Shown here: one piece after another, positions 32,530 to 42,473 of the stretch
Layout: each line of letters starts with the position of its first letter
How positions within the stretch are numbered: position 1 is the stretch's first letter
DNA from: a virus
Taxonomy: Duplodnaviria > Caudoviricetes
IMG/VR virus record: IMGVR_UViG_3300021255_001258
Location: 1 to 64,000 of that record
Length of the DNA stretch: 64,000 nucleotides
Direction: 5' to 3' (one strand)
Translations under genes and position numbers: made by a program
The notes under the pieces: generated by a model
Seen by the model: the letters and a program-made list of their open reading frames with translations, nothing else
Database searches by the model: none
Told to the model about the DNA's origin: nothing

Positions 32530-33486
32530 TTAAGATACAGTAATTGTGTCTTCATTTCCTGTGAACGTACCAGTAAATGTATTCGGCACAGCAATATTTC
32601 CCGTGACAAGCCTAGCTCCAGTACCACTAAATGACGCACTGGCAGGTACAGAAATATTATCAGTAACAAGCCTAGCTCCAGTTCCGGTGAACTCAGGTGC
32701 GGTAGCTTCATAATCAGCATCCCCGGTCTTTACGGTAACATCACTGGTAGTAATAGAATCGCCAGTTGTATAACCCAGTTGATAAAGGCTCAGAGTCTCG
32801 CCAGTTACTGAATAGTAAGTAACAGCATTATCAGGGGCAGTAGCACCGGGCGCAGCCGCCACAACTGTCTTTGCAACAGTAACCTTAGTGGGATTCTTAA
32901 CCGTAGTGGTCGATCCAGCTGTTTTAACGCTAATTGAAGGTGCGGCAACACTTCCTTCGGGCGTATACGTGGCAGTACCAGTCGCCGCTTTACTAACTGT
33001 AGCTGTCTTGTTTTCATTTGTAAGAGTAACAGATCCTGCGGGAGTATAGGTGGCAGCATGACTTCCATCAATTTCCTCTGTTGAGACAGTAGCTGTCTGA
33101 TTAGATGTTGTGGCTACAGCAACACTTACGGTCCCAGACGGGGTATAATCACCACTTGCGCTGTCTTTGAATGCAAGCGCTCCAAACGATCCTGCGGCAC
33201 CAAATTCTTGCCATTTAGCCCCGTTCCATATGAACTCTCTTTCTCCATACAGAACAACTGCACCTGCGTCATCAGTGGTAAATGTTACGCTTTCGCCGTC
33301 AATAATAAGAGTGGAAACCGTTGAGCCATCCGTAACCTCTGTGGTTGTAATGCCAGCATAATGCACAGCTTTAGTTATTGCACTTTCGAGGTCACTAATC
33401 TTATCCCAAGCGTCCGCATCTTTAAAATGATAAATACTCCCAGAAGGAAGCTACACCTTGCTTAAATATGACTTAGTATCAGGCAT
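32530..33486 (-). CDS. Thr/Gly-rich virion protein, 318 aa with TAG=Gln
   Basis: ATG at 33486 with AAGGAG RBS; SKV(TAG)LPSGSIYHFKDA parallels SVLKLPNNQSYNLKDA of the next gene. Confidence 0.8.
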
Positions 33487-33503
33487 GATATTCTCCTTCC
33501 TTG

Positions 33504-34256
33504 TTAAAATATAGTTAGGATTAGTTTCTCCTAATCCGAGTTAGAAATAATGGGGCGGACTTTATTGTTCCAGAACTCTCTTTCCGCCTGTGTAATATGC
33601 ACTTCAGAGTCAAGAACGTGAGTCATTAATTCACTGTCATTGCCGATTACAAATGGCAGATCTATCAGGTAGGCATTCCCGTCACCAACTTTAATTCCCG
33701 GAACATATGTAATATTTCCCAGTTCGTCCTGAGTTGTCTTGTAATCCGTGTATACATAGATGATACCGGATTCAGAGACAAGGTCGTGCTGGGCGTTCCA
33801 GTATGCCATGGTATTATATTTGACATTCCTGCCAACATTAATATCAATAAGATCCCGCCATTCTGTATCTGGCTCTTCAGCATATTTCCACTGGATCATA
33901 TCATTGTTATTCCTAAGAACAACCGTGTCGGCTTTAAGGCTTCTGACCCATTCATCTTCCGTGCCTATATAGCCGTGTTTCACCGCTAATTCATATGCCG
34001 AAAGCCCTCTGAGAAATGTTTCAATTATTGACCCGTTCATTGAAGAGGATTTGATTGTCCCAGACAAACCATTTGAGTACAATGAAGCTGTGCCAGACAA
34101 ACTGTTAGATTGTAATGAAGCCGTGCCAGATAAACTGTTTGAGTGCAATGAAGCCGTCCCAGACAAACTGTTAGAGCTTAATGAAGCAGTCCCAGATAAA
34201 TTACCGGTAGAAGGTACGCCGATTATGCCAGTTAATTCTCCAGTCATACCCGTCAT
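33504..34256 (-). CDS. virion/tail accessory protein with 11-aa tandem repeats
   Basis: (LSGTASLxSNS)x4 at about 34060-34205; GLSAYELAV..G..GTEDEW; KVGDG; TAG 33531 is read through to TAA 33504. Confidence 0.7.
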
Positions 34257-34260
34257 AGCA

Positions 34261-34641
34261 TCACCCCTCGTTGAGCGGAAGAGTTACTTCGTCCATTATC
34301 TCGAAACTTGCGGCTTCTATAAATGTAAATACATCGCCGTTACTAAACTCAATTTGAACATCATACACATATGATTTAGTCATGTCTGCACTACGTGTAT
34401 CTTGCGGCTTAATATGCCATATAATCTGAACGGTTTCTTCTTCATCCTGAGTTACGACATTCTTAATGATTTCCCCTTCGAATAGCAGATTGCCATCATT
34501 AACCGCATCTCTGACTTGACATCTAACTACATCTCCATCCCCTGGAATAATTGCATTTCCAGAACCATCAATAATATCAATCGTTATGTACGCAGAGTCT
34601 CCACGGGTGATTGAGATGTTATTTTTTTTGATTTTCAGCAT
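34261..34641 (-). CDS. BppU-N-like baseplate protein
   Basis: ISITRGDS..IKPQDT..YVYDVQI..GDVFT. Confidence 0.65.
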   Translation of the reverse strand: MLKIKKNNISITRGDSAYITIDIIDGSGNAIIPGDGDVVRCQVRDAVNDGNLLFEGEIIKNVVTQDEEETVQIIWHIKPQDTRSADMTKSYVYDVQIEFSNGDVFTFIEAASFEIMDEVTLPLNEG

Positions 34642-34667
34642 GTACGGATACCTCCTTCCTTATATAA

Positions 34668-34690
34668 GAAAAGACCACATAAGTGGTCTT
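34668..34690 (-). terminator. hairpin terminator after the recombinase module
   Basis: AAGACCAC-TTAT-GTGGTCTT followed by TTCTT. Confidence 0.55.
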
Positions 34691-34718
34691 GTTTATGGTT
34701 ACGAAATATATATATAAG

Positions 34719-35153
34719 CTAGCGCAATTTTGGAATCATGCCAGCTTCTTTTTTAGCACTAACTGTTCTACGTTTTTTATTTTTAGCAAGATTCTCCGGC
34801 GAATTCCTGCGCTTCCTTGGTCTGAATTCTAGCAACTTAGGCTGTATAACATCAGTTCTTCTGACAACATTTAGATTTGACTCCAATTTTTTGTACACAG
34901 GAACTATTATTGAAAAATGTTCGTTATTGTCATGCATAAACCTTTGGCGATGATCCCGTGCGGAATCTTCGGTTTTAAACAATACCTTTGGATTTTGCGG
35001 AAGGTTAATAAGGTGTCTGCCGTTCTTGCCAATATAATATGAGATGTCCAAGTCTTCAATGTCTGCCAACACTTCTTCGGTAAGCCCACTCAAATTCACA
35101 GGTCTTTTTATTTTAATTGCATATCCAATTATCTCTCTTCTAGATGAGTACAT
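34719..35153 (-). CDS. basic hypothetical protein, co-transcribed with the recombinase
   Basis: GGAGG RBS; 144 aa; ends in TAG just before the terminator hairpin. Confidence 0.6.
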   Translation of the reverse strand: MYSSRREIIGYAIKIKRPVNLSGLTEEVLADIEDLDISYYIGKNGRHLINLPQNPKVLFKTEDSARDHRQRFMHDNNEHFSIIVPVYKKLESNLNVVRRTDVIQPKLLEFRPRKRRNSPENLAKNKKRRTVSAKKEAGMIPKLR

Positions 35154-35162
35154 AAAACCTCC

Positions 35163-36176
35163 TTATGCACCAAAACACTTATGATATTCATACTCTACAT
35201 CTGTCAAGTTTATTTTCGAATATATAAGCGTAGTGTCCAAGCTTTTATGACCTAGTAGCACACGAAGCTGCTCGATTGGCATTCCCTTCCTTAAGCACAC
35301 AGTAGCAAAAGAATGACGAAATACATGTGCAGTTAATTTAGTACTTAATTGAACACGATTATTCATCTTTTTAATAATTATTCCAATTGAAGATTTGTTT
35401 AATCCATTATATGGATATTTATCAGATGTGACCACATATTCATTATTCCCACATTTGGACATCTTGTATTTGAGTAATGATACTTTGGTGATCCCATTAA
35501 AAACAACAGTTCTGTATTTACTACCTTTGCCTAATATCACCATGGTTTTCTTGTTCATATCAATATCAGACCACTTCAAATTAGCAAGTTCACTAATGCG
35601 AATGCCCGTATAGAAGAGAATGTCAACAATCGCCCTTTCTCTGTACGTTTCGCAAGCACAACGAACAATTTCAAATTCTTCTTCATTTATAGGATTACGT
35701 GGCTTGGCGATATACTTAATAGGGTTAATGTTACCGACAAAATTTTTGGCTACATATCCTTCGTTTGCTGCCCATGCGAAGAATCCATTAATAATAATCC
35801 TACACTGGTCAAGCGTATAATTGCTGACACCTTTACGCTTCTGATAGTCATACAGATAATGAATCATCAGAGTTGAATCCATCTGATCCACGGGCGCTGG
35901 TTTATTTAAGAAAAAGTCCATGAGATAGTAGTTATACAATTTTAGCGTCTCAACGGATCTTCCAGCAAGTTTCTTCCTTGCAAGATATATTGCGTAATAC
36001 TTCGGCACAAACTCATCAGCAGGAACAATTTCTGTATTACGAGGTTCGATTTCATAATCAGACACGGTTTCTTCAAGTATTCTCTTAACGGTTTCAAGTT
36101 GCTCTCCACTCAGTTCTTCTACTAGCTGAGAGATTATCATTCCGATTAGCTCATTACGCTTCGACAATCTACACAT
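35163..36176 (-). CDS. XerC/D-like tyrosine recombinase
   Basis: TGIRISEL, GKGSK.R, HVFRHSFAT, LLGH..LDTT.IY; no internal TAG. Confidence 0.93.
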   Translation of the reverse strand: MCRLSKRNELIGMIISQLVEELSGEQLETVKRILEETVSDYEIEPRNTEIVPADEFVPKYYAIYLARKKLAGRSVETLKLYNYYLMDFFLNKPAPVDQMDSTLMIHYLYDYQKRKGVSNYTLDQCRIIINGFFAWAANEGYVAKNFVGNINPIKYIAKPRNPINEEEFEIVRCACETYRERAIVDILFYTGIRISELANLKWSDIDMNKKTMVILGKGSKYRTVVFNGITKVSLLKYKMSKCGNNEYVVTSDKYPYNGLNKSSIGIIIKKMNNRVQLSTKLTAHVFRHSFATVCLRKGMPIEQLRVLLGHKSLDTTLIYSKINLTDVEYEYHKCFGA

Positions 36177-36181
36177 CTCCT

Positions 36182-36270
36182 TTCTACTAATGTTCTACTA
36201 ATATTATACATATAAAATAGCATACATGAATCCATATGTCAAGTATAATATTGGTAGAAAAGCAGTAGAA
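36182..36270. promoter_or_regulatory. 28-bp imperfect inverted repeat in the divergent promoter region
   Basis: 36182-36209 versus 36243-36270 match at 24/28; each arm has TATAAT and two GTAGAA boxes; TTGCAA-17-TATACT promoter at 36277-36305. Confidence 0.7.
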
Positions 36271-36325
36271 TATTTCTTGCAATCCAAAACGAACAATGTT
36301 ATACTGTATACAGGAGGTGTGGATT

Positions 36326-36481
36326 ATGGAGAAAAAGATGCATCAGCTTAATTTCAAAATTCCAGAAGAACTCTGGGTAAAAATTGACATGCTTGCCAAA
36401 GAAGAAGATCGGTCAGTAACAAAGATGATTACAGTAATACTACAGAAGTACATAAAAGAAAGAGAGAAGGGCGGCGAATAA
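36326..36481 (+). CDS. Arc/MetJ-type ribbon-helix-helix regulator
   Basis: QLNFKIPEELWVKIDMLAKEEDRSVTKMI; AGGAGG RBS; followed by terminator GGGCGG/CCGCCC-T8. Confidence 0.8.
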   Translation: MEKKMHQLNFKIPEELWVKIDMLAKEEDRSVTKMITVILQKYIKEREKGGE

Positions 36482-36539
36482 CCGCCCTTCTTTTTTTGAT
36501 CAAAATACTTTAGTCCTTTACCTTGAGATTTTTAATAAA

Positions 36540-36677
36540 TTAAATTGGTATTTCATACTTCTCTTGTGAGAATCCAAAATCGTTTACAAGAAGCGCTGTA
36601 ACTTCGTCTCTCAGCTTGTAATAATGGTGTTGAGCCTCAAACTTAGATTCTTTTCTTTTGTTCTTAGGAACTGACAT
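36540..36677 (-). pseudogene. truncated Avd-like DGR accessory gene (45 aa)
   Basis: Strong RBS AAAGGAGGAG; MSVPKNKRKESKFEAQHHYYKLRDEVTALLVNDFG resembles the N-termini of helical-bundle genes in Firmicutes phage DGRs; directly follows the VR gene. Confidence 0.6.
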
Positions 36678-36703
36678 AGTCAACTCCTCCTTTCAGAGTT
36701 ACC

Positions 36704-36860
36704 TCTCCGCCCACGAGGGGCGGAGATGAAAGATTATTTAATCCCGAAGGCCGGGCGAATGCCAAGCCCCGTGCTCGAAGCGTCGAAGTAGTAGCAAAGC
36801 CCGCTGGCGCCGACACGAGCGAAATGCGAAGAAGAAACAACAGAACGAAGCCACCAGTCC
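36704..36860 (-). other. DGR-type variable repeat plus downstream hairpin
   Basis: WWLRS..F.RV...G......AS..GIRPAF with NNY codons at the variable sites; 9-bp GC hairpin at 36704-36726. Confidence 0.7.
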
Positions 36861-37975
36861 ACACGATTACAAATATATTGTGGTGCGAGAGCAAACAGGG
36901 GGAGCTGTCCTTTATCAATAGTATATGCGGCAGGAATATTTGTTCCGTTAATGATGTTCTCGAAGAACTTGTTGCCATATATCATCGACTCGTTCATCAA
37001 ATCTACAGTGCTGTCTGTCCACGTTCCTCCAGATACATATCCGTTCGTTACTGCATTAGAGAAATATTCTCTGTGAGTCAGAATATGTGAAGACCCGAAA
37101 GCATTCTGTGCCTTTGTGACGCACTGCGCTTTCGCCGTATTCGATGAACTGTCGGCATTCGTACCGGAGAAGAATCCGCTCCCAATGTAGCCGCCTTCAG
37201 TAGTATTTGAAGTATTCATATAATGCGTTGTGCTTCCGTCTGCGTTCAGCAAATTGCTGTCAGGAACGATGACAGCATGGTGAGTCGTGCATGCTGTGTC
37301 ACCGCAATTCAGCCAATAGTCGAAAGCTGCAATACGCCACGTTACTGAGTTAATTACCCAATAGTCGCCGATATACAAATCATCGAACGTCCCACCGCTG
37401 ATTGCCGACCACTGAGAAGCGGTAACAGATGTTCCGAGGTTCTTGCCACGGAAAACGGAGTTGTGACCACCTGCGTTTGCTCCTGCTTGTTTGCTATTTA
37501 ATTCGTCTACCTCCTCACGGGAAGGCAAACGTTCCCATGATGTCCATCCGCTTCCCCCCAGTGTTCTTCTGTAAATGTCAGTCATTGTATATTGTGTTTG
37601 TATTTTCCGCACATTCGAAACCAGAGTATAAGTTATTACAACACATCTTTCATCATTCTTGGCTAAGTTGCTATGTCCTGATACAGCGGAAGATACGATA
37701 CATCCATCAGCGCAAGTGTTTCCATCTATCCCGCCCGATGTATATCTCAGAACCAGATCAGTCTTGCTATTCAGATCGTTAAATGCGGACTAAATAGTCT
37801 TTGTTGCACCAGCAAGTTGCGATGCATTATATTGTTCGATAATGGCTTTCGCCAAATTTGTATAACTAATTTTCTTGAGGGCAGTACCTCCATCAGAAAT
37901 AAATATTTGATCGTTACTGTCTATAGCAGTAACCGTAGGTTTAGTATTAATGTCAGTTGTTTGAACATCTGCCAT
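36734..37975 (-). CDS. receptor-binding tail fibre with C-terminal CLec-like (DUF6273-like) domain, 413 aa with TAG=Gln
   Basis: ATG at 37975, TAG 37790 read through; DLYIGDYW..WRIAAFDY..HHAVIVPD; two LNSK module junctions. Confidence 0.8.
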
Positions 37976-38097
37976 AATTTTTATCTCCTTTCTGTCATTC
38001 AATAAAATACTAGTTTTATTATATTTCAATATAAAATCATAATACGTAAGTAAATAAAGGGTTTTTATAATTGGATATATCCAATGAAATGTGAGTT

Positions 38098-41000
38098 TTA
38101 TTTAATTATACAATAAAATCCTGTTCCTGTACCTTCTGTTGTTTTTAATGTTATCGTATTTCCGCTTATTGTAGGATTATTTAATTTTGATCCTTTATGG
38201 ATTCGATAATATTTCCAACCGCCGTCATATTTTACATAAAACAATCCAGTAATTTCTATATCTGATGAATGTCCAATTCCAATTAGATACTATCTAGAAG
38301 TATTACTACCCAATGAAATGTTTGTACCAGACGTCGTAGCCGATGTATTAGTTGCTCCAGATAAAAACGATGTATTAGAAGAAAGAAAATCACTAGTATT
38401 TGCATATGCCGCACTGCCAAGTCCTTTCACACTTGCATTTTGTCCAGCAATCTTTACTTGTCCATTATTATCTCCAGTTCCGACAGAAATACTATGCTAG
38501 TGATCGCCACGAGCATATGCGGTTTCAGAACCTTTACTACTACTAGAAGCAACAGCTTTTGGAGTAGTGTCGGATGGGCTAACAGATGTCCCACCACCAG
38601 AGCCAGCGTTTGCACATACGGATGTTAAATTATATAGCTATCCACCTGTTTTTACATAAATATTTCCATTGTTTGTATTTATTGGCATACCAATCCATGG
38701 ATATGAACCAGATGCAATTGAACCAAATCGAAGCCAATTATTATAACTTCCACTTACTGTTCCAAGATCAGATGGACTAATTGACTGAATACATTGGACT
38801 GTTTCATTTAAATGACTAGAGTCTTTTTGATAAAAAATCCTATAATTGAATCTTGCATAGAAATCCCCAGCTTCAACCTCTCCTCTGTCTTCAGACAAAT
38901 TACCTTTTACAATAACTCTTCCATTATCTCCATAACCGGTAGCATCAATCACACCGGCATTTATTTGAGTAGCAGCAACAACAGGGGCTGTTATTGTCCA
39001 TTTTTCTGACCCGCTCTCAGGAGAACCAATTAAAGAAAGATTTCCGTCAATTTCCACGGATGTATCATTAACAATATAAATTCCATTTTTGGCGGACAAT
39101 TTCATTTTCCCATAGTCATCATGTAATACCTATCCATTAGTCCATGTTTTATTTGCATAACACATTGTGATATACGTTCCATATGTTCCATTTTGCCCAA
39201 TCCTTACTTTTGCATTGTTTGCGTCGGCAATATATTCCGCCTTAATCAATGAAGTAAGAGAAGAATCAACATTATTTTCTGTCGTATATATATTAAATGT
39301 ATTTGCGGATATAACACCTTGAACTGTTGCGTTCCCACCACTATCTACTTTAAATTTATTACTAATACTCAGCCCATTATCTCCAAAATATGCATTGTTT
39401 TGCGTGGATGTATTCGCAGCTCCCATTGTTGAGCTACCTTTATAAATGGCGGTTGATGTTATTTTCCACGGCCCAATTTTACCTATTTCTCCAGTCGTTC
39501 CATTTGCATTGATTTGAAATACATTATTTTCCCCGATAGAAATACCATCTGTTCCAAGATAAAATCCGGCAGCGGTACTCGCCAATGAATCTTTTCCATA
39601 CTGTAACGAAGTTTGTGTTTTCTAATTATTGCCAGTACCAGTTACATTAGAACCAATATTAATATTGTTTACAACTGTTGTCCCGCCAATAGTTGAATTT
39701 CCTATTGTAGTACCAGATTTAATACTTGTGTTTCCAGAAGCATCTGCCCAAAATCCGTTACCAATTGCAACACCGTCTGTACCAAGATAAAAACCAGCTT
39801 TTGTACCTTTTTCATTCATTGATGTTATATTGTAATATATTTTAGGAGAAGCTGAACTTCCGTCTATGTGCAAACTACCAACGTCAATGTTACCAGTAAA
39901 AGAGCCAGATGAGGCTGTAATTTTCCCAGAAATATCTGCACCTACTGCTGTTATTTTGCCACCAGAAATTGATACATAAGAATTTGCTGAATTATAATTC
40001 CTTATTCCATCAGTTCCAACATATGTTCCGGCAGTTGTGCTTGATATTGTGTCTGTACCATTATAAATACCATTATGTCCATTTGTTCCGTTGCCAATTG
40101 TCCAACCACCAATTTTGCCAGAATTTGCATACATATATCCATTAGTAGTTACACCAAACGCCTTACCAATTGACATTGCCCATTTATTTGAGCCAGAAGC
40201 ACCACCAATAGCAGCATTAACAGTTTCGCCTTTAGGAGTTAAAATAATTGCTTCGGTAGCAGCACCATGAGTTTGGTTGCCATACCATAACTTATCAGTT
40301 GTAATATTCCAACCACCAATGTCGCCAGTTTTTGCTTTTATGTATCCGCTAATTTCTGCATTGTATGCTTTGAGTAATCCGGCTGTGGAAATTTGAATTC
40401 CTGGAGTAGTTGTGGTGTGTGCATCGCCACCAATCTTCACATCTCCGCCCAGAGTTAAAGACTACGCATTTATATGTCCATTGAAATATGCTCCGGCTGT
40501 CATACCTGATCCGCTCGGAGCACTATTGATTATTGCAAAAGTGGGAGAGAAGAAGTTGCCATTCGCCAAATCGAGATAACTACCTGTCTGTGAAAACGGT
40601 TTTGTATTGTTGTTATATGATAAGAAATTCTAAGACATAATGGCATTTGTTGCCAGATGCTCAGAATTAATTGTATGAGTTTTGATGTAACCACCATTAA
40701 TTGTAGTAGTACTTGTTATTGCATCCGAAGCCCATGCTGTTAATATAGTATTTGCGTTTACGGATGTATTATAGGCTAAATAAGCTCTTGAGATTGCTTC
40801 GTTTAATCCCTTATCTTCAACAACATCTGTGGCTTTCTTGGTTCCATCTTTATATGTAACAACCTCACACTTCCAATATAATTTTCCGATCTGATAATCA
40901 GGAGTTGTTGCAGACCAATCTGAATTTGTGAGCGGATTGTGATTTGGTTTTGATGCCGACAAGAAATAATATGGAACTGTTGAATCAATACCAATACCAT

Positions 41001-42459
41001 TTCTGGCTACTGTATATGTTATTGATTCGGAATCATCATCATAAATAATCTTTGTCCTTGCCCATATATAATCTCCATCTTTGCTACTCGGAACATTAGA
41101 AGACCATACACCATCAGAAAGTGGAAGACCATTTCCGTCGGCAAGAGGGTTTCCGTTAACATCAACCAAGGGCATACATGGAATAACAGTGCCAGAAGAC
41201 GATGCAGTATATTTTATCTCTGTCGATTTTACTCCATTGCCAGTATTTCCGGTATGCCCAGTTAAACACACAATAGTGGTTGTATCAGTTCCGGTTCGCG
41301 AAGTCTTTACTGTTTTTTGCCAAATATACTTACCTTCTTGAAATGTTGGAACGGTTGAACTCCATGTTGTTGGCTAGACAGTAGGATCATTGCTTACTCC
41401 ATAAGTAGTGACAATATCTCCAATATTAATACTTTCGACTTCATTTTCAACATCAGTAATTCTTTTTTTGGTAGATGTATCAAAAGAATTAAATGTAACT
41501 TTTCCTGTCAAATCTATATCTCTTGCAATTATTCTTAAAGCATCATTTGTAAGCGTCATATTAGAAGAACTTGTACCGGATTCAACAAGCCATGTAAAAT
41601 GATTTGCAGCCTGATTTGCAACTGTTTTTAATGAAGTTGTGCTGTCTCCAAGAATATCCTATGAAATTGTCCGAGTATGTTCATCGGCGGTATCTTTAAT
41701 ATCATGCACTCTTGAAGCCAATGTTGTAACAACAGTTCCATCAGCCTTTGTTACAGTTGTAGTTTCATCATCAGATATTGCTGTCCAAATGCCGGACAAA
41801 TCAATTTCTGTATTATTTACTCTATCTCTTACCGTCTACACGGTTTCACCATCATACGAACTTATCTTTGCATCAATATCAGTTTCCCAAACCTTTTGAA
41901 TAATCTTTTGCTCAAGTTCGTCTGTCTTATTGATAATACCATGTAACGTTTTTGAATACACTGCATCTGAGTAACGAATAGTACCATCAGTAAGCATAAA
42001 CTCAAATCGTTCCCAAATAAATGTTCCATCAGAAGCATCCGGTTCTGTATATTGCCAACTTCCTCCAACTAAACGACTGTTAGATGTTGAAAGATAATAT
42101 TGTCTTCTTTCTGTTGCAATGCTTGCGCCATTATAACCAACAGAGTATGTAACAGATTCAGAGTCATCATCAAAAATTGTTGTTGTTCTAGACCACAAAT
42201 AAAACCCATCTGGTATCTGCGGAATTGCAGAAGTCCATCTGGAATCCACTAAAATATTTCCGCTCTCATCAGCGAGAGGATTTCCAGAGCCATCAACTAA
42301 ATATTTGCCAGGTGGGTCGGTAGGCGAAAGCCCTCTTGCATACTCAACAACTGTTGATTTTACACCAGCTCCGGGTAATCCTCGATCACCTTTATCGCCT
42401 TTATCCCCTTTTGCGCCATCATTGACATTTGTAACAACTGCATATCCTCTTGCAATCAT
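38098..42459 (-). CDS. large tail fibre/spike, about 1453 aa with TAG=Gln
   Basis: Six same-frame fragments; collagen-like GDKGDKGDRG, YxWxRT repeats, G.IGGW.I repeats, YARGDH(TAG)H; ends TAA. Confidence 0.8.
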
Positions 42460-42473
42460 AAGCTTTCACCTCC

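Noticed and set aside
34635-34721. TAG readthrough extension of ORF 34719-35153
   Set aside because: It would run through a terminator hairpin and the next gene's RBS; TAG is more likely a true stop here, though not proven.
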